Assembly: GCA_016748015.1 (NCBI GenBank)
Contig: JAAOMT010000665.1
Location: 186,001-250,000, forward strand
Source of the DNA: Geosiphon pyriformis uo1
Taxonomy: Eukaryota > Fungi > Glomeromycota
Length of the DNA stretch: 64,000 bases
Reading direction: 5' to 3'
Below the pieces are notes generated by a model, which was not told where the DNA came from, did no database searches, and saw only the letters and a program-made list of their open reading frames with translations. The first letter of the stretch is position 1; each line of letters opens with the position of its first letter. The translations under genes were made by a program, and so were the position numbers. Shown piece after piece: positions 13,567-26,929 of this stretch.

Positions 13567-16453
13567 CCAGTTTTATTTGGAAAATTGCCACATGTAATGT
13601 TAGGGGAATGAACAATCCTGCAAAACAGGAGGACATTTTTCATTGGCATAAGGAATCTGGTAGTTCGATCTCAATTGTTACAAAAACCAAGTTGTGTTCC
13701 AGTTCACAACCTTGGATCATAAAAAGGTTTGAAGGTGTTTGGGTTTTTACGTCTGGTCTGAATGTTGGGTTTCATGGGACTGGTGTGGCTATTTTTGTGA
13801 ACAATTCTCTGACTCATCATGTTTCCAGAGTTGAGGAGGTGAAGGGCAGAGTTTTTTCAATTTATCTTTTGTTCAAAAACAAGCTCTCTATGTCTATCAT
13901 TGGGCTTTATGCCTGTGCATCTGGTGGTGACCGTTTTGCTCAGGCTTCTGTTATTAATTCATTCATTGTTGATACTGTCAACAAAAGTTCTTTTGTTGTT
14001 TTGGGTGGGGACTTCAATAAAAACAATTCAGTCAAGGGGGCAAGTCTTAGAAAATGCTTAGGTTTGGGTTTAGTTAATGTTTTTGGTGGCCATTTTTTAG
14101 CTAGGATTCCTACTTGGAGCAATTCAAGAGGCGTTAGCAAGGTTTTAGACTATATTCTAGTTAGTGACCCTTTGATTTCAGCTGTTGTGAATCGTGATGT
14201 TAGTTTTGTCTCAGAATTTTTTGACATAGATCACTTGGCTGTCTTGATGTCTATTGGGCTGGGTGGTCTTCTGGATGCTCGTTTGAACAGCATCTACAAG
14301 CACACTAATAAAGATCACTGAAAGTTTAAGATTAAGAATGCTGATGAGAAAAAGTGGGCGCATTTTAAAAAACTTTCTGAGTGTGCACTTTTGGGTTCTC
14401 TGGATAGGTTCAAGATGGCTAAGGATGATGGCAACTTGGATGGAATGTGGGGGGTGCTAGCTGAAGCCATGACTGCTTCTGCTAAAAAATTTTTTCAAGA
14501 CATTGGTATAGTGAATTTGATTGTGCTAAGAATAAACTTTTTTCTAAATTTTCCAGGTTAGAGCTATTGGTTGCCAAGTTATTAAAGGTGCTGAGACTAA
14601 ATGATACGTTGGGCTTTAATTGTTTGGCTGACACTTGGTTTAAAGTTGACTCTTCTGAAGCTTCCAAAGTTCTTAGTATGGTCAGAGATAGTGTGGGTTC
14701 TGCTGGCTTGATAAGTCATTTTTCGAAGGTTAGAAAGCAATATAGAAAGTCCAAATATTATGAATCTGAAGTGGCCAAAAGATCTGCTATTAGAGACACG
14801 ATTAATAAGCATATGATAAAGTTTGATACAGACAAAAGTGGAATAATTTGGAGCATCTTGGAGTGGCCCTTTCACAAAGTTGTTCTAGACTATTTGGTTG
14901 TTGGTGATTCTCTTATTTTGGAACCTAATAAAGTGAAGCTCAAAATGGATGACATCATGGTTAATTAGACCAAAAAGTGGAATGCTCTTTCTGTTCTGTC
15001 TGGTTCCTGAGTGCAACAATATGCCTCTTTGGCCTATGTTAATGATAGTGCCTTTAGTCTGGTCATGTGTGATATTACCATGTGTGAGATGTCTTCAATT
15101 ATAAGCAATCTTCCTGATGGCAAAGCTGCTGGTTTGTTTGGTATCACCAATGAATTTTGAAAACATGCTGACTGTTTGGTTTTGGAGTGTTTATTGTCTT
15201 TGCTGAACTCTTGTTTGCGTTTTGGTGATGTTTTGGTCCATTGGAAAGAGGCCTGGGTGTTTATGATTCTTAAGCCTTATAATTGGGATGGCATTTTGTC
15301 AAATATCTGGCCTATTGCATTAATTGAGATGGCCAGAAAAATTTTGTCAAAAGTTCTCTCAGACAGGATCTCTCTTGCTTGTAGTAAGTTTGATGTTCTC
15401 CATGGTAACAACTTTTCTGTCCTTAAAGGCATTTCCACTCAGTCACCAATTTTAGCTGTGGGTTTAATTATGAAGAATGCTTTGGAGAAAGGCCGTGAAC
15501 TTTAGCTGGTTCTTCAAGACATGTGTAAAGTGTATAACTCTGTTGGTTGGCCTCATTTGGAAACTAGTTTATGCCATATCAAAATGTGTGGCAGGTTCAT
15601 CAAGTTTTTTGGCAACATTTACAACAATTGCTTCAACAGAGTCATGACAGATTTTGGTCTTTCTAATGAATACAAAGTTCTTGATGGTTTGGATCAGAGT
15701 GAAGTTTTCTCACCTCTCCTATGGAGAATTTTTTACGACCTCTTGTTATGTGAGGTTGTGAGACAAGATCATTTGTGTGATTATCAAATCAATTCGAACT
15801 TTGTGGCAAAAACTGGAAGGATTGAGACTAGTGGGGGTATGACTTCATTTTTTGCAGCTGGTGTCTTTGTCAATGACACTATTTGGGTGGGAAATAGACA
15901 AGCCTCTATACAGCACATTCTTAATGTGGCCAGCGAGTTTTTTCTCATTAATAACATTAACATAAATAACAAGAAGACGGTTGCCATTTCTATCAACAAA
16001 AGAGTAGGGGTTCCTGTTTTATCCATCAATGGCCAGGCTATCACTGTTGTCAATCTTGGTGTGAGTCATTGATATTTGGGTATTTTCTTGTTCACTAATG
16101 GTTTGTCTAAGCCAAGTCTTGCCAAAGCCAATTCAGATGTTAGGTTCTTCTCAAATATGGTTCTCCAGAAGGCTGTCTCTGATAAACAATTCTCTTATCT
16201 GGTTTCAGCTGTTTTGCAGCTCATAGTTAGTTATTGAACACAGTTTAGTTTTGTTTCCAAAGCTGTTTGTCTAAAATAGGACGTTCTAATTAGAAAGGGT
16301 CTTAGGTCTAAAGCCAATTTGCTGAAAGACTTTCCCAATGAGGCATTGCACCACCCCTCTTTTTATGGACTGAAATTTTTTAAACAGTTGCAGACTAAAT
16401 GCAAGATAGCTTCCATTGTGCAATTTGCAAATTCTTCTGGAATTCTTGGCCAT
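13563..16453 (+). pseudogene. LINE-2 ORF2, 5' part: AP endonuclease and reverse transcriptase
   Basis: TCNVRG, GDFN, LDYIL, IDH (APE); WPIALIE, DMCKVYNSV, LDQSEVFSPLLW, FVNDT (RT); premature stops. Confidence 0.92.
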
Positions 16454-17717
<1,264 letters not shown>

Positions 17718-17733
17718 TTATTTCTCTCTTTTT
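17718..17733 (-). promoter_or_regulatory. Gypsy-1 polypurine tract
   Basis: Minus strand AAAAAGAGAGAAATAA abuts the 3' LTR. Confidence 0.8.
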
Positions 17734-18550
17734 AAAATTGAGCTCCTGCGAAACCGTATGTATCTGTTATTGTGGCTTCATTTGTGTAATGTTCGATTGT
17801 TGCCTCTAGTATTGCCTTTTGTAGGTCTTCGAACTGTTGATTGATTATTTGTTCTATGCTGTTAACTGTTATGGTTTTTATAGATCCATTCAGTAGTACG
17901 TTTGGGCAATGTTAAAAGGTGGCGTATAGTCAGTATACTGCTTTGTAATGTAGGGTCAGGTTGTTTTTCCCTACGAATTTTTCTACTTGTTGTATTGCTT
18001 CTTTGTTGAACGTTTTCTGGCTGAGGTCTTCGTATGGTGTTTTCAAGTCAAGCTGTTCTTTAATTTTGTAGAACCAATAAGCTGGAAGAAGTTTTTCTTT
18101 CAATTCCTGAACATTGTCAGGTGTCCACTCCCCTGTTTCGGGGAGTTTGGTCCCACGAGCTAAAGCTTTTTTTATTTCTTCGAGCTTGGGGACCAAATAT
18201 CTTCTTTTGTAACCTTTTTTTCGTTCTTTGTCTCCTTTTTTTCTCCCTCCTGCCTAAAGGCAATTTTTCCTTCCATATTGCCTTTCGGGTGGTGGGTAGA
18301 AAAGAGAACGTTTAGTTCTAATTGAACTTTCGTCCTCCCCTCTCCTGCTCTTATCTTTGTACTGTATCTTTTTTTTATCAATTGTTATTTCTATTTGAGA
18401 TGTTGATTTTTGAATTGTTTTAAATAATTGTTTAGATAATTTTAAAATTTGATCTGAAAAGTCCATATTGAAATTTCTATTGTTTTTTGCTGCTTTTTGG
18501 ATGCTATATATATTTGAATTCCCCAATTTAATTTGCTGCCCATTGTCTAT
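17732..18550 (-). pseudogene. Gypsy-1 accessory ORF3 (~272 codons, unknown function)
   Basis: Track ORFs 18254-18526 and 17930-18196 are in one frame that runs to TAA at the PPT, with three internal stops of transition type. Confidence 0.65.
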
Positions 18551-21370
18551 GTTTCAATGATGATGATTGGTTCCAGATCTTGTGGTATATCTTTTGGTCT
18601 GATTAATGAAATTTGTGTTCCTAGTTGAGGTATTAATGACGATGATTCCTGTTTTACATGATAAATTTTTAACTGATTTCCATGCGCTACTTTCTTTAAA
18701 ATCCTGTCTTCCAATCGTAATTTGTAAGCTTCATTTCCTAATGCTTCGTGTATATGAAATGAACCATCCCACTTTGGGTCGAACTTTCTACTCCACTGTT
18801 TCTCAGTTTTTGTATGATGTAACAGTACTTGGTCTCCAATCTTGAATTTCATTAGTTGTTTTGATAGGTGTTTATCATGTCTTTTTTTTTGTTATTCTTG
18901 AGCATGACTAATATTGCCAGCTACTGTTCTTCAATTGTTTTCCAATGTTTCCATTAGCTAGTACGTTCTTTGGTATAAGGTAGCCTCAAAATTCTCTTCA
19001 TTGATTGTTTCTGTTGGGTATGACAGTATCACTCATTCAATCGGTAATGTAGCTTTTCTTCCATAGACTAGTTCGAACGGTGTGAACTGAGTCATATTTT
19101 GTTTCAATGTTTGGTATGCAAAGAGTACAGAAGGTATGAATAAGTCTCATTCTTGTCTGTTTTCATGACTTATTTTTGCTAGTGCTTCGCACAGTGTTTT
19201 GTTAAATTGTTCTACCAGTTTGTTCATTTGTGGGTGGTATGGTGACGATAAGGGTCTCTTTATTCCAAACCGTTGGCTTAGTTCCATCAGCATATTATTA
19301 ACAAAGTGTGTTCCCTAATCAGATAATAATTCTTTCAGACATCCATGTCAACAAATTAGGTCTTGATGCACAAATTTGGTGACTGTTTTGGCGTCGGCCA
19401 CTTGGATTGCTCTGGCTTCTGGCCATTTTGTAAGATAGTCTATGGCTACAGTGATATAACAATTTTCTTGGGATGTAATTAAAAGAGGTCCAACCAAATC
19501 AATCCCAATTCTATCAAATGGATTTCCAACTGGAATGGGTCAAAGTGGTTCTATTGATCTTGCTTCTCCTCTTCGCTGGCATGCGTCACAATTGAGCATG
19601 TATTCAAAAATGTCTTTGTGTATCATTGGCCAATAGTATAAGTTTAGTGTTCTTTCGAGGGTAGTGTCTTTGTTAAAGTGTCCTGCAGTCGGATCTGAGT
19701 GTACGCTATATAGTATAGTTTCTTTTTTACTGTCCGTGATTAGTTGTTGTGGGTTGGGGTGGTTTCGGCGTTCTCGTCGATATAGTTGGTTGTCTTGAAT
19801 AAAATAATTTCAGGCTTGTTTTCATATGGTACTCTGTTCCTGTTGAAATAATATCTCCTTGAAATGTAGTGTTGATAGGTACTGATGTAATCGTTGATAA
19901 GTGAGTGTGTCCATGAGTCTGGGATTAGGTTTGTAGCATCCTCAACAAACTGTCAGCATTGGTGTTCTTGGATTCTTCCTTGTAATGGACTTTGAGTGGG
20001 AATTGTTGCAGATAAGTACTCCATCTCGCATATTTTCCTTCTAGTTGTGGATTGTTGAGTAACCAAATAAGTCCTTTGTAGTCGGTATATAAGTCAAATA
20101 ATTGACTGAGGTAATGTTTCCAAGTCTGTATGGCCTAATAAATGGCGAGACATTCCAAATCTGTTGTACTGTAATTTTTTTCTGCTGGGCTAGTGCTGCG
20201 ACTAGTATAGGCAACTGGGTATTCTCTATTGTCCGTTTCTATCTGTGATAAGACTGCTTCTAGAGCATTTTTCAAGGTGTTCGTAGCGACAATGAACCGT
20301 TTAGTGAAATCTTGGTAAATCAGGATTGGGGATGTGATCAATTGCTGCTTGAGATAGTCGAATGCTCTCTGTTGATCTTCCTTTCACAAGTATGGTATGT
20401 ATTTGGACAACAATTGATGGAGTGGTTTTGCGATGTTCGAGAAACTTTTGACAAATCGATGATAATATCCTGCTAATCCTAGAAATCCTTGTAATTTTCT
20501 GAGGTTGATTGGAGCTGGAAAATTCTTGACTTTTTGTACTTTATCTGGATCGGGTTTAACTCTGTCCTTGCCAATTACATGTCCTAGGAATTTTAACTCG
20601 GTTTTTCCAAAGAAGCACTTCTCGGGATTGAGTTTCAATCCAGCACTACAAAGGCATTTGAAGACTTGTTACAGGTGGAGCAGATGGTCTTTGAATGTTT
20701 CGGAGAACACATTTGTGTTGTCTAGGTAGACTACTACTGATTTCCAAAGGATTCCTTTGTATACTACATTCATCAGGCATTGAAACATGGCAGGAGCATT
20801 ACAAAGTCCAAAAGGCATTACGTTAAACTCGAAGTTTCCGTCTCAAGTGGTAAACACTGTTTTTCCTTTGTCTTTGGGGTTCATTTCAACTTGCCAGTAA
20901 CTATTTGCTAAATCTAATAACGAGAACCATTTTTTTTTTCCTAGATTGTCCAGAATTTCTTGAATGAAGGGAATGGGATAACCATCTCCTCGCGTGATGC
21001 TATTTAGTTTTCGATAATCTACGCAGAATTGCACTTTTCCATTTTTCTTGGTGACCAAGACTACTAGAAAGGACCAAAGGCTTAATGATTCTTTGATTAG
21101 GCTGTTATCAAGCATCCATTGTATTTCTTGCTTAATTAGGTTATCGCCAGATGGGGGTACACGGTAAGCTCATTGCTTAATTGGTTGAGTGTCTCCTGTA
21201 TCAATCTGATGCTTCACAATGTCGGTGCATCTGAACTCATTTTCACTGGCAAAAACATCGGCATACTGATTCAGAAGGACTTTGAGTTGTATTTGTTGCA
21301 GGGTACTTAAATTTCCTAAATTCAATTTATTGATCTCTTTTGGTGTGAACAAGTAACTTTCTTTTGGCAA
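18547..21370 (-). pseudogene. Gypsy-1 RT, RNase H and integrase
   Basis: VQFCVDYRKLN, LDLANSYWQV, VVYLDN, LNPEKCFF..LGH, FLGLAGYY; YTSRSTSPAEKNYSTTDLECLA; integrase with GHF, IGIDLVG, YHPQ and KWDGSF GPF/Y-like tail; no chromodomain. Confidence 0.93.
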
Positions 21371-21749
21371 ATTCCATACTTGTGAGGTAATGTCACAGAA
21401 TAAGAATAATTGTGCGAAATCTGGAATGGACTAGGGTTTTTCAGGATTCTGACTATCTGCAAATATAGAACCGACGAAAGTCCCTTCGGGAATTTCAATG
21501 ACATCTTCTGTCAGGTTGTGGATAGGGATTTTGAAGTGTTTATGGGCTTTGGCCGGTAGGTATAGATTAGCAACATCGGCTAGGGAACAGATTTCGGGAC
21601 TGGCTTCGAATAATAGGGCTTGATTTTGGATCTTTCGATTCACCTTGAGGATGTATTGTCAGTATGGGGGAATGGAGATGATGGTGTTGGTGTGGATAAA
21701 TTCTATCTGGTCACTGTCTTCCTCTGTGAAATTAACTGGTACATTTCCT

Positions 21750-22170
21750 CTTCCACTTGATCCAAACCCATTGATTTCTCAGGCAGTGAGGCCTAACTCT
21801 TCTTGAGTTGTTACTGGGGTTAATTGGGGTATTTTGATTAGGGGTAAGAAGATAGCTTAGGCAATCTTTTCTTGTGATTCTATTTTGTAGGGTCTGTTCG
21901 AATTGTTCTGTAGCATTACGATGATGTTTCCCATGTAACCAGCATCGATGATTCCTCCTTTTGTGTCGATTTCTTTCTTGGCTAGACTAGATTGAGAGGC
22001 AACTTGTACCATTGTACTAACAGGAATTTCTAATGCTATCTTAAGATCTATTTTTACGAGGGAATGTGGGGCTATAATAATGGGTAATTGTCTGGGATAT
22101 CGTAGATTGAAATCAGCATTGGTGTCATGTGCTCTTTTGGGGCAGATTCCTTCCTTGTTGTTACTATACC
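21750..22170 (-). pseudogene. dUTPase domain within Gypsy-1 Pol
   Basis: All five trimeric dUTPase motifs in decayed form: ADFNL (AGFDL), ASQSSLA (RSS), GIIDAGYMG, EKIA*AI (RIAQ), INGFGSSG. Confidence 0.88.
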
Positions 22171-23079
22171 ATTTTAGCTCTAGTTCTTTGGAGAGGTCAG
22201 AATATGTAAGATACTGTTCTGTTTTGGTATTCTCAATTGGATCTTGAAACAACATGTCTTCGGTGATTAATACCTCTTTTTCGGGTTCAGGTAGTTCGGT
22301 AATTGGAAACAGTATTCTTAGAGACAGATTGAACATGAGATCACATTCATCGCAGTACTGGAAGTGACAGGGGATCAAATAGTGATCGCATAGTTTGGTA
22401 TTCAAATCGGCCAACCTTTGCTCCTGTTCCTCACGAGTTGGGGCCAATTCCTGATATCAGTTCTAAATGTGTCTGGGTCATCTGTGAAGAAATCATCCTC
22501 GGGGTAGTCAGGTCCAATATATTCGGGCATCCAAGGGTTGTCCTTAATTTCTCGTATTTCTTTGGTCGTGGCATTTTCGGTCTTGGCGCTTGCCATTCTC
22601 CAGATTTTGTGGTCATCATGTGGATAACCATCTAGCCTGTTGAGTGCTCGTTTCCAAGCATTCTTGATGGGGGTTTTCTTTCGTACCCAATCGTTGATTA
22701 ATATGGTGTATTGACAAGCCTCATCACATGTTCTTCTTCTGCCAGGCACATCATTCTAAAGTTCTTCATCTGGCAGAATTTCGCCACATGCGAGGCACGG
22801 CATGTGGTCCCACTTGCCTTGTCATTTTGGTCGTCCAAATTTTTCCAGTAAACAAGGCCTGCAATAGTATTTGGTGGTGGTGGGCCATTCTTCATTGTCC
22901 CCGATACATGTGCCCATAGTGGATAGTTTTTTCCCACAATTGACACATATTAGTCTTGGGAGTTGGTAAAATAAGTTTCTTTGGTCTGAGGTTATGTATC
23001 CTAGTGATGATAATTGGGTTTCTTCTTCAGCTCTGCCTTTTCCTTTTTCTTTCCAGGTTGGTGGTGGGGGTAGTTCAGT

Positions 23080-25740
23080 TCAATAATCATCTGCCCATGA
23101 AACCTGATAGGTCTCGATGGTTAGTGGCATTGATGTGTCTTTGAATTCAATAAAGGGTTTCTCAGTATATTGGTTTTTAAAGTGTCCACACGTAGCTAGA
23201 ACTCGGGCATGCTGTTCATTGAATGTGAGTTGAAGTTCTTGGATGTTCCAGTCGAGAGTAGCGTTGGCTTTTGACAACCAGTCATTTCCTACTAAAGCTT
23301 GATATTGAGTAGCTTCTATGATAAGTACTTTGGTAGAGATTTGGATTCCATTAATCTCGAAGGGGAAGTTGTCAATTTCTCCTATCGGGGTTTTTGTGTT
23401 CCCATCCACTGTAATGATCTGGGCAGTAGCAGCATGGTCTACTCGGCAACCTAATTGGTCTATGAGCTGCTTCGTGATTATGTTACCGGCTGATCCACTA
23501 TCCAGGATTAATTTAATGTCTATTCCTCCGACTCTGGTATCAGTGTATAGGACCATTATTGGTTTATCCTGATTGATGGTTGCTCCACTAAAAAGGCTAT
23601 ATGTGTTCAAATTATCAATGTCAAAAGGAAATATGGCAGCTAGGGTGGTGTCTTCAGTAATAGTGGCTGGTGGGATATTGCTTTTTGTTTGCTTGGAAGG
23701 TTGGGAGATTTGTTCTATATCCCCCTCTTCCACAGGTGTAGATTTATCAAAACTCTGGTCTTCCATAAGACCAAGATAGGAAGCTTGATTCGGGTATCCA
23801 GTTGGTGTTGGTCGAGATTGGGCAGGACCACGAGGGATTGGTCGAGATGGTCCACTGTTGGTTTGCACCTGATTGTTGTTGGGATTCCTCCATCCCTGAT
23901 TATAGTCTATAGTTTGAGGTCTGGACGGGCTGTAAGGGGAAGTTTGATAGTAAGGGATTGCTTGTGTCATTGGTGGTAGTTGATAATAATTCTGGGACAG
24001 TGGTTGAGTGTATGAGACTTGTTGTGCATATAAGGGTGGTTGATTCTGAGGTATAGAATATTGGGATACTATGTTTTGCTGATATCTGGGTTGTTGGTAT
24101 GGGTTTCCTTGATTTTGGTCCATGATCTTTCTTCTGCAGTTACAGGCAATGTGTCCAAGTTTCTGGCAGTAGTAGTAGTTGTGGGGATTGGATCTCCAAG
24201 ATTGTTGCTGTTGCTGATGGTTCTGTTGCTGTGAGTATTTGCTGTTGTTGTTATTTTCTCTCCATTGGGGTGGTTGGTAAGTTCCTGTAGTTCCGGCTAA
24301 GAATCCCTCAATTTTTTGAGTTAGTTTCTCACTCAATTGGATTATCTTTACATCGATGTCAGAGGTTCCATTAATGGCTAAATTAACAGCTTGGGTATGG
24401 TTCGCTTCTTGTTCTGCAGACTCAAAATCGCGAGCAAAAGTGATGGCATCTTGTAAACTGGTCGAATGGCGAGGTCTTACAGATCTTAGAATACTACTCT
24501 GCAATCCTTTAATGAATTGATTAAGAACTTGTGCTATGGTGTAGTAGTCCCTTTCAATAGCTAATATTTGACGCAGGATTTGATTGAATCGTCCGAGATA
24601 AGTAGTTACTGCTTCGTAATCTTTTTGTTTAATTATGCTGAATTGATTCTGCAATCAGATTAATGTATTGGAATCACAGAAGTATTGCAGAAATGCGAGT
24701 TTAAACTCAGTAAAAGAGGTAGGCTTCTCTGCTAGGCTCTAGTACCACAAATTGGCGGTTCCAGTCAGAAAGAACGGCAGTGCCTGAACTGTGTGGTCAT
24801 CGTTCCAACTGTTAGCAGTAATTGCTTTCTTGGTGTCCATGATCCAAGAATATGCATTATCTTTTTTACCAGAGAATTTTTCCAATTTAGTGATATCCTG
24901 GTAAGTCATGATCTGGTTAATGGGTGGAGTGTTACTGGTTATGTTTAAAGGGATTGGTGTTCACGTATTTGAGTGTTCTCTGGGTGCTAATGCTGGTTGT
25001 TTTCTTTTGTCACTTGAACCAATAGATTATAAAATAGCTGTTTCTTCCATCAGGAGAGATGCTGATTCTGCTAAGTTTTGTGCTGGTGGCTGTTCTCAAG
25101 TTGACAGGTTTCCTTCTGTTTGACTGGCTGCTGGGGTAAAATTTCCAAACAGCGATCCGTATTCTCCTAGTGATTTGGTCCAACTGTGTTGATTCTAAGG
25201 GTGTGGATTTCCAGGAGTTTGTGGTGTTTCTGACTGGGTTTCCAGGGGTGGGTTGAATACAATTCTACTTTGAGATGTCTAATGGTATGATGGAGTTGTT
25301 GGGGAGAGAACTCTTGGTTTCTTGTTAACTGTGGACTTGGCTTGGGCAGTTACAGGGTTGTTGGATTCATTTTCGTATTCCTCAGGGTCGGATTTCACTG
25401 GTTGTTGTACTTGAGGGAATCATTGTGCCACGTAATATTTAATGTCTGTATCAATTATGCGCAGAGTTTCAGTGATTGCTCGGGTAGTTGTAACTGTTGA
25501 GTACCCTAGTAAGCTTTGATAGATTTGTTCTCCAAGTCTTCCTGTATCAGTTGCATGGCCTAACAAACAGTCGATTTTTGCATTGATATAGTTACAAAAA
25601 TCACTTTTTGCATAAGCGGTTTCTGCTGGTATTCCTAGGTCTTTTCAAAAGTATTGAAATAGTGCTTTTCCATACAAGGAGTGGTTCTTTCCTATTGTTT
25701 TAATAGTCACCACTTTTATGTATTTTTGGGGGTGCTCTGT
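23080..25740 (-). pseudogene. Gypsy-1 gag and aspartic protease in one frame
   Basis: KFSG..W..ANSW capsid-like region, QFIKGL, knuckle YYYCQKLGHIACNC, Q/P-rich linker, LILDSGSA and ALVGNDWL; start approximate. Confidence 0.9.
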
Positions 25741-25755
25741 CTCTGTGGATTTATA

Positions 25756-25773
25756 ACTTCACAGGGAGCACCA
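25756..25773 (-). promoter_or_regulatory. Gypsy-1 primer-binding site
   Basis: TGGTGCTCCCTGTGAAGT starting 2 nt after the 5' LTR; complementary to a CCA-ending tRNA 3' end. Confidence 0.88.
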
Positions 25774-25775
25774 AA

Positions 25776-26204
25776 TATTACAGGTAAACTTGGTGGGTAT
25801 GAGAAATGGTAATGTTTGGTGCTCTTAATTATTGATGATGCGTCTTTCACGTAATTCTGTTGGCTTAGTCTTGATTATCAGTCTCTGAAGGTCTATTCCT
25901 GAATGTGAATTTTACCCGTTGAGTTCTTTGGTTATAAGGCACAGAGTTTGTCTTTCGTCAATTGCAACATTTTTTCATAAATGTGAACTTTCTTCTCCAA
26001 ACTAACGAGTGCAGTCATTAGGATCTGGCATTGTCTTTTTGCCCTTCTAGTAAGCTAACAAGATAATGTTAATATCCAAAACTTAGGAGGAGCTTCCCTC
26101 TTTTACCAGGCTATCACAAAGTCTATTCTCAGACAGTCGATTTTACTATGTTGCTGCTCCACAAAAAATAAGACAGAAAAAAAANNNNNNNNNNNNNNNN
26201 NNNN

Positions 26205-26261
<57 letters not shown>

Positions 26262-26925
26262 AAAAAAAAGAGAGAAAAGATAAATTAGTATTGTCAATCA
26301 CTGTGATCAAGAGCAATTGGTCCAAATCATTAATAGGTTCGAGACGGTTATGCTAAAAGCATCTGTTCTAGAACAGAGGTACGAAACAAGGGTTAATTCA
26401 TGTAAATTTCACGAAGTTTAAGAACATGAATTCATGATTCTGATTTCTTTTAATAATTGGTTTATTTTAGGAGATGAAATAGGGAAGATAATAAAGGATG
26501 AAGGGGTATGGATATTTTAATTTCTGGTCTAAAGGTTTGTATCTATTTTTTCTTCTCTGTCTTTTCTCACTTCTACAACTACTTGCTTTTATACATTCTT
26601 TTGGTTTTACAAGATTGCTTTCAATTGTTTCGCTATCACTAGCTATTGCTTTGTTGTTTCTGTTATTGCTTTGTTTTTCTATGTTATCGCTAATTATTCT
26701 ATGTTATAACACATTATCTGATGTTATTACATGTTATTCTGTGTTATCCTGTGTTATAACACATTATCCTACATTATTGTGTGCTATTCTGTGTTATCCT
26801 GCATTATAACACATTATCCAATATTATAATGTGTTATCCAATGTTATTGCGCATTATTCTGTGTTATGTCACATTTTGGTCATGTTTCTTCATAACTTTG
26901 GATCAGTTTTTCTACTTAGGTAACA
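25776..26925 (-). repeat. Gypsy-1 5' LTR (contains homopolymer and N gap 26185-26204)
   Basis: TATTAC...GTAACA; direct repeat of 16454-17717. Confidence 0.93.
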
Positions 26926-26929
26926 CTGT

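Noticed and set aside
14341-14355. CTGATGA as a hammerhead ribozyme core (also ~47488)
   Set aside because: Lies in LINE coding sequence with no flanking helices or correctly placed GAAA.
17732-18550. ORF3 as env
   Set aside because: No signal peptide, transmembrane anchor or fusion-protein features are visible.
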